Source: Malacoraja senta
Taxonomy: Eukaryota
Assembly: GCA_038087875.1 (NCBI GenBank)
Contig: CM075978.1
Span: 161,200,001 to 161,264,000 of the forward strand
DNA: 64,000 nucleotides
Direction of reading: 5' to 3'
The notes beneath the pieces were generated by a model. The model was given only the letters and a program-made list of their open reading frames with translations, was not told the DNA's origin and did no database searches. The position numbers and the translations under genes are program-made. This document shows, piece after piece, positions 25,810 through 39,435 of the stretch (positions within the stretch are counted from its first letter, which is position 1; the number at the start of each line of letters is the position of its first letter).

Positions 25810-27469
25810 CCATTTTCTCATTGGATCTTCACTAAGTGTAACCTACTGTACAATCCTGGTAATAATGCATTGCCCAGATTTTGATTATACAGCTCAATCC
25901 GGTCCTATATTACCACTCACGGGTCGACAATGTATTTGCCGCATTTGTTGTTTTTCACTCTTCCAGTCTGCTTTAACATTCACTATTTCACCGTATTGAT
26001 TATTCAATGATGTTGAGCATTGAAGTTTGCACTTGAGAATGTGTTACTAGAAGGTTAAGATTAAGAACACTGGAGTATTAATTAAACAATATGTGATGGC
26101 TGTGTGTAAAGTCTTGCCAAAGTGAAGGCAGACTCGACACATAAGGACAACAGTGACAATCCTACCCATATGTTAATAGCTATCTTTCAAAATGAAGGCA
26201 TGTGAGGCGAGTTCCTCTGCTTGCTATCATTACGAACCACAAAAGCATACCGTATGATTTTACAATTTTAGTGCAATTGATGATAAAAGAAACATGGTGT
26301 CTGTTACTGCCACTCGATCAATCACACCTTAAACCTTTATTTCAGTGCTTGTGTTTTAACAGTCCTGAATTAATTTGTCAATTGCTGGGCTGTTAACACA
26401 TATCCCCCTCAAGCCTTCACTAGCTCACCCCTTCCAACCACCCCTCTCTACTGCACTGAAGCCCAAAATAAGAACCTAGCGTGAAGATCCATCAAATTAT
26501 TCCCAATCAACAATCAAATTGGACATGATTTCGTGCACACCCTGTACATATATTTTTAAGAACCACAAAAAATGGTTGGTTTGCATTTAACAATACCAAT
26601 AGCGAAATTCACTGTTGTGTAATGACACAAAATGTTTGATGTGACGAACAAGCAGTGGGCTGTCGTCACCTTGGCGATGTCTTTTGTACAAAGAAGAGTG
26701 CTCGTGATAAGGATAATGACATGATGTGATAGTTGTCCCTCTGAGGTGGACATTATTTTTTGAAGTAAAAATTGCATTTCCACTCGAAAACTGAAATCCA
26801 GAACTGAAGAAAATTTCGGGCTGCCGTACGTGTCCTTTCTGCCCCGATGGAAGTGCTTGTGTTATTTTCAAAGCCAGTGGTTGAGTACCTGAGCTTGTTC
26901 TAAGTTCACCAAGTGCCCCTTCAAAAGGGTAAATGAAAGGTCAGATCACTTGCAGCCAGAGTATATCAAAGAAGCACTGTTCAAGAGAAGATGGAAATAA
27001 ACATCCTAACACCAGAAAGGGTTAAAATTAATATTTTGCGCACTGCACACTTTCCGTGCGCTGCTCTGCCCTATATCTCCAGGTTATTTTCCAACAGTTA
27101 TTGTGCATTGTTTGATGACCAGATGAGAAAAGGAAAATTATTAACTTAATTTTCAAGTTGCAGCGCAACCTCCCAAGTACATGCAGTGAGAAGAGATGGT
27201 GAATTTAGTGACAGTTTCCCGTGTCAAAATCCTAACAGATAATGCTCTTCCCTTTTCTGTTTCTATGATTTATTGCTCACGTATTATCATTTCATCGGAT
27301 TCTGAATTCTCGAGAGAGACCACAAAAATGGAAATGAATTTAAGATACAGAAAGAGACACACAAGGTGCTGGAGTAACTCAGCAGGACACGCAGCATCTT
27401 TAACCACACATAACTAACATTTTTGAATATAATTTATTGAAAAATACCATATGCTATAGAAGAGTAGTG

Positions 27470-27910
27470 GTGGGCAATGCAGCAAAGATTCTCTATTTGT
27501 TCCTGAGATGGTCGATCTGTCGTATGAACAGAGATTACGCATGTTAAGTCTTTGTTGTGAAGAATGAGACGTAACCTCACTGAAATACAAGTCATGGAGG
27601 GCTCAGACAATACTCAGACACTTGCCTGAGAGAATCAGCATTTAGGATCATCCTCAAAATAAACGATAGGGCATTTAGGAATATGATAGGGAAACCTCAC
27701 GCAGAAATTGATCAATTTACAACTGAGGGCCATGTAGGCTCAGTCATTCAATGCTTTCAAAACAAAGAAACTAAATAGATTTTTGGGATTAGGAGAATCA
27801 AGGGATAGGTGGATAGGGCAAGAAAACAATGAAGTGAAAGGTCAGTTTAGATCTTGCTGAATGGCAGTCTTTGAGGGGTTGAATGCTCATTCATGTCCCT
27901 CTCATGTTCT
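27470..27910 (+). mobile_element. Old CR1 3' fragment
   Basis: Degenerate YEQRL..L / RMRRNL / IKG segments and a CR1-like tail. Confidence 0.6.
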
Positions 27911-28349
27911 GCAGTTCTAAAACTGTTTAAAGTCATCTTTGTTTGTGTTGTTTTGTGGCACTGGCTTTGGACTTGCAGCTATCTTGCATTTATTAAAATT
28001 AAGCCTGCTGAATTCTCCAAGTTTGGCAGTTGAAAAGATGTGTTTTTTCCCAATTCTTCCTGTTATCTGCACTAAGGTTGGTACTGGCTGTGGGAGGCTT
28101 GGAGCTGGCAGCACAAAACAGATAATAAAAGGTAATTTCGTTTTTGCATTTCAAGGTCAGGTCTTCTTATTCTGCTGCAAAAGGGTAATCTCATTACTTA
28201 TATGCAATGTACAAACAAAAATGTGGCGCCGTGCCAAATTCGCAGCCACATTGCAAGTAGATACCTAAATCACAAACACCTGAGATCAACTCCCCTCATT
28301 TAACCCAACCCTTTACACATCTGCACTTTTATGGGCCTACAATGGCTTT

Positions 28350-28493
28350 CTCCACACTTCCTTATCTCTGTAACTCCCTCTCGCATGACGCAGTCTGAAG
28401 AAGGGTTTTGACCGGAAACATCACCCATTCCTTCTCTCCAGACATGCTGCCTGTCTCGCTGAGTTACTCCAGCATTTAGTGTCTATCTTTGAT
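28350..28493 (+). mobile_element. Penelope pLTR fragment with hammerhead motif
   Basis: AGTCTGAAGAAGGGTTTTGACCGGAAACATCACCC...GCTGAGTTACTCCAGC. Confidence 0.8.
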
Positions 28494-28758
28494 TCACTAA
28501 CACTCAGGAGAATAGTTCACTAGCAAACTGTCTAACTGCACACCTCGGCCTTTCAATGACCTAGAAACACTTGTTCATTTTATTATTTGAATTGAATGCA
28601 ACTTATTGCTTTGAACTAAATATTCATTTAAATTTCTGTTCACTTAAGATTTTCAATTGTTTAAGAAAAATAGGCTCATTATGTCACTGAAAGTTAAACT
28701 CCTTTTGATAAAGCAAGAACATGCAATTTAGTGACAAAAATGGAGAGTAGGAATAAAT

Positions 28759-28920
28759 AAAGACACAAAGTGCTCGAGCAACTCAGAGGGTCAGGCAGCA
28801 TCTCTGGAGGACATAAATAGGTACCGTTTTGGATCAGGACTCTTCTTCACACTGATTGATGTTGGGAGGAGAGAGGTGAGTGTGGGACAAAGCCAGGTAA
28901 GTGATAGGTGGATACAGGCA
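28759..28920 (-). mobile_element. Penelope pLTR fragment, hammerhead core mutated
   Basis: Reverse strand reads GTGAAGAAGAGTCCTGATCCAAAACGG. Confidence 0.7.
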
Positions 28921-29079
28921 GGAATAAATGTTTTCTGTTGGGTTCGCATTTTGAATGGACATTTACTTCAGTATTACAGGTTCAGCTATCTGCACCAATA
29001 ACACAGATACATGAATCATGTATAAAATATCTAGGTTTGCGGATTTTACTAACAGGAACCCACGAGACTGCAAGAGGCC

Positions 29080-29820
29080 TTTAAAGTCTAAACAGTTAAC
29101 TGAGTGAGCAAGAAAACAGAAGATGGAATTCAATGGAGAGGAATGAGGGCATTCACATTGGTAGGAAAAATATGTTGATATTTAATTTGTTTTTGATATT
29201 CAGCAGGACCTGGGAGGTCTTGTTCCAGAATCACAGTTAACATGGGCATAATTGTTGTGTGCTGGTCTTCACAGTCAAAGGATTAGAGCAGCAGAATAAA
29301 GAATACTTACTGGAATTATAAAGGGTCTTGTGGAATCCTGGTGGGGGGGGGGAGGGGGTTTCTGGCTTCCTTGAGGAAGAATATACTTGCCTGAGTGTGG
29401 GTGTAATGAAGAATGATTAATCAATTGTGAGAATTATCCTGTGAGGAGAGGTTGAGTAGACCAGCTCTATATTGTCCAGCAGAGTAGAGGTGACCTCATT
29501 GGAACATGGATAATTCCAGAGGTACTTCACCAATTAGATGCTAAGAGGATGTTTCTCTTGCTTGGAGGTCTAGAATTGGACACCACTGGTTCAGAACAAG
29601 GGCCTTTTGGGATTGAGATGAGCAGCCATTTCTTCCTTTAGCAATGTTTACTTGTTGGAATTTCATAACTCAAAGGGCTGTGAACAATAAATCAATGACC
29701 ATGATCAATAGATTTTTGGACAGTAACAGAATCGAGGCTGGAACTGAGGAAAATATCAGCACAATTTAAACTGAATTTTGCAGAAACCTGAATGACCTAC
29801 TCCTGTTCCTATTTTTGTAC
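29080..29820 (+). mobile_element. Highly decayed CR1 RT and 3' region
   Basis: Remnants such as GAGGAGAGGTTGAG, GGTGACCTCATTG and the tail TGAATGACCTACTCCTGTTCCTATTT. Confidence 0.65.
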
Positions 29821-29926
29821 ATCCTTTTGTCCATTTACACCAACACCAACAAACATTAATGTGGCCAAACTGCACAATACCTGAAGGACATATTTTTATC
29901 CCATCTGATATGACATTGCCTAATAT

Positions 29927-30025
29927 CAAAGGTAGACACAAAATGTTGAGTAACTCAGCGGTACAGGCAGCATATCGGGAGAGAAAGAATGGGTGACGTT
30001 TCGGGTCAAGACCCTTCTTCGGACA
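29927..30025 (-). mobile_element. Penelope pLTR fragment with hammerhead motif
   Basis: Reverse strand reads CCGAAGAAGGGTCTTGACCCGAAACGTCACCC. Confidence 0.82.
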
Positions 30026-33000
30026 GAGTAAATAATTGCGTAATATCAATCTGGATTTGAAACAGAACAATCTAATATGGTGCATGTTTTAATAAAGTCA
30101 AGGTTTGTTTATTGTCATAGACACATTAAATGCAAAGACAATAAGCTCATACCAAAGAAGGTGCTAAAAGGGGGCTCCAACAGAGATAAGTGGAGTGAGG
30201 GCAGAAAGATGAATGCAAAGTTCTAGGCTACTTACAAGCAAAAACATTAAAAATGGCCATGACGGATCCATTCACACCTACACAAGATGTGCAAAATTTA
30301 AGCAGATATTATATAGAAGCTATTTTCAAGATACTTTTAATCCAGTCATTAAATTGGGTTCCACTGTGGTATAAATAGGCTAATTTATGTTTGAATTAGC
30401 AAGAAGTTGCCTTTAAAAAAAATAAAAAAGCAAGGATAATAAGCAAATTTCACTATTTTACAAATGGTCCTTTTTAATTTTAATCATTTGAATAATTATT
30501 TATTCATGATGTTGTATGTTTTTTTCATATATAGTGTATATGGATATTCACACAGCCATTTATATGCAAATCTTTTCTCAGGAAATTCCTGAGATAAACA
30601 TATTTTCACCAAGTCCTAATTTGTTCCACAGAGCCTGTAGATCCAGCCCTGTTACACGTAAAGCTAATCTGGATATAAGCAATTTATTTTGAAAATCTGT
30701 GCCCCGCTGCATATGAAAGGTTTCCAGTTCGATGTACCTTCTGTATTAATTGGCCACAAATAACAAAGGAAGCCAATTTATTATGTGGAACCCTCAGCAC
30801 ACCAAGAAATTCTCTTTCAACAAGCTGCCATTCTCTCCACCACACACACACACCTCCTCCCACCCCCACTGTCCCCCGCAGTGTGCAGCAAGACTGTGCA
30901 TTTAGCTGCATTTAGACTTCAAATATTGAGGGTACAATATTCACAGTCTTAAATCCAAATAATGTGGTTCCTGGTCTACTAATCCTAGAGAAGACACAAA
31001 GTGTTGGAATAACTCAGCGGGTCAGGCAGCATGGATAGGTGATGTTTTGGGTCAGGACCTTTGGGACAGCTCTCCTAATCCTAATCTACCTTGTTCAGCC
31101 CCTGCACTTTATAAAATCTACACTTTCTTTATATTCTGCACTCTTTTGCACTACCTGATATACTCACGCATAATATCATTTGCCTGGCTAGCACGCAAAA
31201 CACTACATGACAATTGTATATCAATAATACTTTCAATGGACTAGAACGGCGGGGGAAGAGAACTGAACCTCTGACACTTACCACTCTGCAATATCAGAAG
31301 TAGTTTCAAAAATAAAATAAAGCTGAAGCTGACAAATGGAAATAAGAACAGGAAACATTCAGATCTGTTAAAACCCACGACCATCTCCTTTGCCGTGTAC
31401 CATCACCTCATTAGTCATTTATTCCTTCTATCTTCCATCCTATCACACAACTTGCCTTTTGTTCTTTTTTCAATGCCACATTTTCTTCAGAGATCCCTAA
31501 CTTTTCTCAATTCTGATGAAATGTCATTGACTTGAATTATTATCTCACAAATGCCAACAGGCTTACTGGATATTTTCGGAGTTGGATGATGTATACTGCT
31601 TTTCAGTGAAGAAGCCACCAAAAGATTTTCACATTCTTGCCTGTTCCCCGAGCAGGTCGATTGGTTCTCCGACCAGACCAAAGGAGTGAGCTGTCCTCTC
31701 ATTCGATTGTCAAAACACAGAAACAAAAGTTTTTTTGTTGGATGTCTCAAACTGGCAAAAAGCAAATATCGCAGGTAAAAGGGGAGAAGAAGTAAGTGCA
31801 TCTATATTCTGTGTAGGTGCAAAATTGGTCATCGCTATTCCAGATGCCGACCAATTACCAAATTGAGAGTGTAAAAATATTTGCTTGCTTGGAAAATGGC
31901 AAAGCTGGTAATGCATTGCCTGCTCGTGCAGAGTAGGTTGCCCTTAACACGTTACATTGGGACACAACTGACATTTTTTAAGATAATTAAATTTGGCAGC
32001 ACACCTACCATATACTATTTTATAACGAGTAGTTTATGCAGTAATTTAGCTAGCTTTACCCTAAATCATTACAATTACCCACACAGGAGTCTGACCTCTG
32101 TGTGTTTAAAATCGTGGCAAATTACAAAATGTTAAATTTAGGTGCACTTCTATTTCCTTAAGCTTATAAAAGCACAAGGCTTTCAAACAATCAAAACAAC
32201 CTTGGATACAGTGTGAAATATGAATGCGTTATTAAAATCCCAACCTTTATTATTTTTTTGAAAAGGAAAATAACCTGATTTAATACAATGAATAATTATG
32301 TGCCTCTGTTTCATTTTTCCAAAGCCAATAATCAGAAGCATATTTCTCTTAATAATTTTTAAATCTGTCAGTAAGGCAGCAACTTTTATTGCTAAATATG
32401 TTTAACTCCTTCATCTAGCCAATAAAATATACAGCAAACAGCACAGGGTAAGTAATGGTCATATCTTAATCAATTTGGTGGAATGATTAGGTGTTATCTG
32501 GCATGTTACACCCTAAAAAAAAAATCAGATATAGCTATTCTTTTCTAATTGTGCATGTATTTTTTTCCCAGTGCCATTTAAGCGGACTTATGTGCTTACT
32601 GTCTAGAAAGGGTAAATACATTCCGGGTCACAGTGCAAAAAATAAGACTGGCTAATTGCATTCTGCACTTCACTTCTGCAAACCTTCCATCTCCTACAAT
32701 AACAGCATGCCTGAAGTGGTAGGAATATTCATCAAGCAGAAAAGGCACACACACCTTCTTGTTATGATTCTGCAAGACCAGTGCCTGCTGCCCCAAGGTC
32801 ATTTGTAAACCTCAGCCATAACTAACAGCAAAATAAGTAAGTGACGTGGCTCCTCTTTTCATATTAAAATTACACATCAGCACACACAGACAAAAAAATT
32901 CGATTTCCTAAAACATAGAGAAAGGCTATTCATGACATGGATTAGGGTCAGTAGTCTGGTTGAAAAGCAAACCACTTTCTTTGTTTAAACTATTACTATA

Positions 33001-35318
33001 GTCGAAAACTGAAGAGAGAGTAATTTGACCGTTTGTTATTTTTCACCTCAGTCATACATGTGCATCTGGTCAATGCACAAAAATAAGTATATTCTAATTA
33101 CGTAAACCTGACACAAACAATATGCACTTTTGAATTTTGCATATCAGTATCTTAGTGACAGTAAAGCATCCAATGGAAATCAGTCCATGCGTCAGAGCCA
33201 CTGTTTTGCGAAGCTCTATGTCACAGGAACTGAAAGTGGATCAAACTTCAGTCGTAGAAAATTAACACCACATACTGTACTTAGCAGGGAAACCCTTCTG
33301 CACTTCACGCTCAAGATTTTTTTTAAACATCAATTCAAATTGCGAAAAAAATCACCAGAAAGGGAAGCAGATGGCACTGGACATCTTTCAGTCAATTAAA
33401 AAAACTACCAATGTAACTGAGGGATTGAAATGAGGATGTGAATTGTGAGGCTGAAGATCGTTTGATCCCTTGAATTGTCTTGCATATCATGGACAGCTAA
33501 CATAGACAGCGAGATTCCCTTTTACAGTTGAAATGCCACAATGTTTTTATATGAACAGTCAAAGTGGATGTTCAGAATGTAATTATAACTTCAAGCCGTA
33601 TTTTATAAAGTCAATTTTAACAGTAAATTACAGTGAGCTCTAAGTTGCAGAATGAACTTCTGCAGAAGGCCTTGTTCTTTTGCTTATTAATTTAGCTTGG
33701 ATATTTCTCGGACATACATTTTAAAAGGCCTATCTAATAACACCCTTTCTCTTATTTTAGACATTTTTCTAGAACTGCAAAGAATCTACAGGGAATTTAC
33801 GAAAGGTGAATTAACTTAAGCCCGATGCTAACAGGAAGTAGAGTGGAGTAATGAGCCAACACGCTTAAATCTGTCTTGCTTCAGAGGGGTGAAAGGATCT
33901 GAGTAATTGCATTTCCACTCTCTCCCTCCCCCCACCACTGATAATCATTTCAGCAGAGGAAGAATTCAAGCTTCCTCTATTCAACAAAGACTTCCCTGGA
34001 AAATAATAATCTGAACTGGCTGCAATTTCAGCCCTTAGTCTGGTGCATTTATCTACCCTAGTGAGGTCACAGATGTCAAGTGCATGCTCTTCAATTCTTA
34101 CAATTTTGCTGTTCATGACATTCATTTATTTGCTTGGCTCAACCACACAATGGGAGATGGCCATTGTGTGAACAATTAAATATATACATCAGTTGCATGG
34201 CTTAAGGAAATGTGCTGCATAAATGTGCCTATGATTATCTGTTATTCTGCTGGCAAATGGTTGAAAATAGCACAAATTTTCATTCAAAGCTGCAAGACCC
34301 CCCATTTTTCTTCAGATTTTTTATTTGGATTCTTTCGACTGCTACGTGATTAAAACCTGCCTTCCATCCTTTGTGGCAGAAACGTGGAGTTTTGACAGTT
34401 GCCATTTTTGTGCGTCTGTGAATACAAAGGACAATCTTGCACTGTACAAATTTGCAGCCTCCTTTCACCAGATTCCTTCAAATTTTCAACCTCAAGTTAG
34501 TTTTATGCATTTGACATCAATTGAATTATACAAATTAAACAAACCATGATACGGTATAATGTACAGCCTTTGTTAAAATATTTTCAGAACAGGCATAGCT
34601 GAATAATATTATTTTGTGAAATTAATGGCAGTGATATTCACTGCTGTATTTTGTAGACTTCAAATAAAATGGTGCCTATTAACAGTAGAGGAAAATCCCT
34701 GTTTTAGTGGGGATAGGATTTTGCTTTGTATGGTTGGTTGAAATAACTCATGGGAATCAGCTTTTCCACTGTTTCTAATCCAAAATTGACACCAACAATA
34801 CTGTGCTATTGATAAAAAAAAGAATCTGACTATCCAGAACAGAAATGTAAATGGAAACACTGGCTTCCATTCCATTTATACCAGACCGAAAAATGTTGCC
34901 ATTGGGACTCTTCAGCAATGTTGTGCAAATTTGTTTCTCGAACTAGAAAATTTGGTTTATTTTCAACTGAAGTTCCATGTTTCGCAAACCGTCAAATTCA
35001 TTTTCTGTGCAATGTACATAAACAATGTTTCCCTCCCCTCAGTGGGGGTAGATAAATGCACCAAAATAAGAAGTGAAATTATGGCAAGTTCTAAAACCCA
35101 TTCCTCCACGTCCTTGTTTAAACAAGCCAAGAATTTTTGCTATGTGCTGTAAGAATTATTTCTTTCAATTAGGTGCACTTGTCCCCAGTCTCAGTTCATT
35201 AGTTCAACATAGCAAAAGTCAACAGAAGGACTGGTGATGAAGTAATCAGAGGCAGACTGGCTTCCGAATTAACTTTGGTAACCCCAGAAGAGCAGGCACT
35301 TTGGTAATACTTTTAACA

Positions 35319-35611
35319 TTTAGATTAGTAATACACCATGGAAACAGGACCTTCGGCCCACCGACCATCGTTCTCACTAGTTCTATGCTATTCCACTGTT
35401 GAATCCATTCCCTACACACTAGGGGTAATTTATAGGGGTCAATTAACCTACAAGCCCGCATGTCTTTGGGATGTGGGAAGAAACAGGAGCATCTGGAAGA
35501 AAGCCACAGGAAGAGCATGCAAACTCCACACAGACAGCACCCGAGGTCAGGATCCAACCCGGGCCTCTGGTGCTGTGAGACAGTGGCACTTTCAGTTGCA
35601 CCGTGCCACCC
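35319..35611 (-). mobile_element. HE1-type V-SINE
   Basis: Reverse head GGGTGGCACGGTGC, V-domain and CR1-type tail. Confidence 0.87.
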
Positions 35612-36319
35612 TGAATTATAACTGATAACTACCCTGAAGGCATAACAATGTAACTGAAAGAGCTGGTTACCTCATGTCAAAGGGGTGGAGGCACGATGAA
35701 AACGAAGTTGGGAGGTGAGTGAGGGATGTACAATGAGCAAAGGGAAACCCTATTTCTCAGGGAAAGAGCAGTATCAAAATATTGGACTGAACAATAGAAA
35801 GAATGACAGAGAACAACAAAGAATGCATTCGGTTTTAAAAATTCTATGAATACACAGGGTACGTTAAAAAGATTTTCACATTATTAAAAATCACATTTAA
35901 TTTACCCATCATTTTCAATAAAAATTAATATGCAAATATCCTTCAGAGACTGGATTATGTTGCAATCATCTACCACTGTGTTAATTACAAATAACAGCCA
36001 TGGAAGACCAGAAATTGCAGTGATTTTTATTTTGCTGGCATTTTTCACAATTTTGGGGAATTCATTGAAACCAGGACAATAGGAGTAGGGGATAGACCAT
36101 TCAGCCCAGGCTTGCACCATTCTACACAATCATATCTGGTGACCCAATCATTATTGTGTTCCTCACATCCTTTTCCTCACATCTCTTTGAGATCAAGAAA
36201 TATATCAACCTACTGTATTTAATTCTGAAAGTATAATCACCAAGTGATGCGCAGTATATTCCAGGACCATTTACTAGAAGGACGTAAACAGCAGGTTGGT
36301 GCACTGCTCCAGAAGTGTG

Positions 36320-36631
36320 TCATAGAGTCACACAGAACGGAAACAGCCTCTTCGGCCTATGCTGCCCACTTGGACTAAAGCATCCTTTGCCTTTCAAAAC
36401 TGAGCAATATCCTTCCTTCTATCTTGTTTTATTTAGTTTTATTTTGCTAATGGATGTGAACAACTCTCAACTCAAGACCCCTTGTATATGAAATCAAACC
36501 CCGATAATTCAGAAGACTGCTTCTAGGTTTGACAAGCTCTAAAGATGCCCCATCTACATAAGTCCCACTTGCCAGCGTTAGGCCCATATCCCTCTAAACC
36601 TTTCTGTACCTATCCATGTACCTATCCAAAT
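36320..36631 (-). mobile_element. CR1 3' tail interrupted by a 171-bp copy of nearby sequence
   Basis: CATAGAGTCACACAG...CTTCGGCC [insert 36369-36539] AAGATGCCCCATCTAC...GGCCCATATCCCTCTAAACC. Confidence 0.75.
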
Positions 36632-38294
36632 AAAGTCTAGTCATGACTAAAGCCACATCTGCCCACTTAGGATCAAGTATAGAAATTCGGGTCTTCTGAT
36701 GCTGCATGAGGCCAGATGCCTGCCTCCAGAACCACTTCCTTCTCGGACTCAGCTCCCAGCACCATCTTCCATTGGGAATCGGGCTGTCAGCTCATCAATG
36801 AGGCCCACAAGTACTTTCCTACCAGAAATGGCAGGCCCAGCTAGAAATACTGAAGATATTCAATATTTAATCATTCAATTTTTAAAATATTTGTTGGCAT
36901 ACGCAGACATGCCATTGCTTTGACACGTTTGACAGGTGGTAACCTATAGATATGACTCAAATGGTTGCATTGGGTTAACCAGTGGGTACATTTTCTAGTC
37001 TGAGTGCTGTGGAAGCTTGTACCCTACCACTGGGCTCTTTGAGGAAGCCATTGGTAAAATATGGTCGGCAATCAGTCGCATAGTAGTTCAGGATCCCCAT
37101 TGCTCAACCTTAAAACGTATTATTTGGAACTGCTGGCTTCAAATCCAAAGATCTGAACTTCTCTGAGGGAAGTTTTGGTTGCTATTCTGCAGAAAAACAA
37201 TTTTATCAATGCAGCAACAAAATCTATGCATATGACATAACTCTATTGGAACAGTTGCTACTTTGGAAGTTGTATTTTGGAATTTGACAGTCTGAAGCCA
37301 TTTGAGTTTCGTACGTTTATAAAGTTAAATTTAAAAGTTGTATGAAATTGTGAGGTTCGGCTGACCGTGAGTGTTTTAACGACATCCAAGAATTATTAGG
37401 CGTGGTTATTTACTCAAATTATTCTTTGGGATACCAATGAGCAGATTGATGAATGCATTTAAGGACACAGCAGAATTCTATTTTCAAAATAATCAATTTT
37501 GCATTATTCTCAAGAGAAAACTTGTTAGTGTTACCGAATGAACGAAATGCCTAGAGGAAACAACTGTGCAGCTCATGAGGTTGAAAGCACCTTCACCTCC
37601 CACTCAATTCTTCATGACATAAAACTGAAATACTTTGTTGCTAACTTCAATTTTTTCATTTCCTTTCTGTGAGGATGCCTTCAGCCAGTTGTACAAAGAA
37701 ATGAAAAAAAAAAAAGAATTGTCCTTCAGGTTTGTGAATGACCTGGAGAGTCTGCCACTTGCACCATTTCCAGTGCTTTCACAGCTTATGAAAGGCTTGG
37801 ACTAAAGTATCCTTTGCCTTTCAAAACTGATCAATATCTTTGCTTCTATCTTGTTTTATGTAGTTTTGCTTTGCTGATGGACATGAACAACTCTCAACTC
37901 AAGACCCCTTATATATGAAATCAAACCCTGATAACTTGGAAGACTGCTGCTAGGCATGACAGGCTCCCTAGTACCTGGTTGAAGGATAGCGGATGACTGA
38001 CATTCAAACTTGCCATTCAGAAGTATCTTCAAGTTTCATATAAACGGAACAAAACTCTTTTTTTTTCTCTTGATTAGAATAAAGGTTGAATAGAATAAAG
38101 GCCTCCAAGAAAAAAGGTTGCAATTTCAATACCAACAGCAGGACTTGAACTGCTACTTGAGTTTGATACTTCAGAGGACCGGCAAAGGAGTGCTTCTGCT
38201 TCCTTACACAGCAACATAAAACCAAGGTTCTTCAAGTGGTTACAAAGAAATCTAACGGAAAAAAATCCAAGAGCAAGGATTTCTGCAATTTTTT

Positions 38295-38582
38295 GGGGTG
38301 GCACAGTGGTGCAGCGGTAGAGTTTCCGCCTAACAGCGCCAGAGACGTAAGTTCGATCCTGATTATGGAAGCTGCCTGTACAGAGTGTTATATTCTCCCC
38401 GTGACCTGCGTGGGTTTCCCCCCACATTTCAAAAACGTGCACATTTGTCGGTTAATTGGCTTCGGTAAAAATTGTTCGGCCCTAGTGTATGTAGGATAGT
38501 GCTGGTGTGCAGGGATCGCTGGTCGGCGTGGACTCAGTGGGCCGAAGGGCCTGTTTTCGCACTGTATTTCTAAACTAAAACT
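38295..38582 (+). mobile_element. HE1-type V-SINE
   Basis: TGGTGCAGCGG A-box, GTTCGATCC B-box, tail GGGCCGAAGGGCCTGTTT and CTAAA repeats. Confidence 0.88.
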
Positions 38583-38890
38583 CAGTGGATTAACATAATT
38601 CTCTCATCCATAGCTCCTAAAAATAATCCAAATTATTTCGAAGCGTTCATCAAGTTGCAACTAAATTACATGATCCCCTGCAAAGTCTTAATTTTAAATC
38701 ATATATTGTGAAATTGTACATAGAAAATTCTTATTTTTAGCACTAATTGACATAACTGAAATGTGGATCACCCTAAAGGGAGGAGTTAACATTATCATGC
38801 TTGTTGCAAATTCTAAATTAAATCACCTGACATTAGACATTAGACCACCTCCATTTCCCAGTTTCCCGCCATAACCTTTCACGGTGATTA

Positions 38891-39199
38891 TTTTAGTTTA
38901 GAGATGCAGCATGGAAACGTGCCCTTCGGCCCATCAAGTCTACACCAATCAGCAATCAGCCGTTCACACAAGATCTATGTTATCCCACTTTTTCATCCAC
39001 TCCCTACACACTCGGGCAATTTGCAGCCGCTCAATTAACCTACAAAACCGCACGAGTTTGGGACGTGGAGGAAACCGGAGCACCTGCAGGATACCCACAC
39101 CACCACAGGGAGAACATGCAAACTCCACGACAGTTCCTGAGGTCAGGATCGAATCTGGGTCTCTGGCGCTGTGAGGCAGCAACTCCATCATCAGTGCAT
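38891..39199 (-). mobile_element. HE1-type V-SINE
   Basis: Reverse V-domain GGAGAACATGCAAACTCCAC and reverse tail TTTAGTTTAGAGAT. Confidence 0.87.
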
Positions 39200-39435
39200 C
39201 TCTAGAATTCCTTGGAGGAATGAACATGGCTGAAAGTGACTATTTCTGTTATTTCCCTATAGGTCTTACGGAACTCACAGCAGGAGACTAGGAGAATCCC
39301 AATAAGATGCTTGTCTGACATCTTGGACTGGCTGAGGAGAAATTACACCTAGTTAAATATTAGGAAAGAGAAACCACTGTCTTTGATCGCCGTCATGATA
39401 TCCATTCCATAGTTATCTAGGGAACTGAAACTTCA

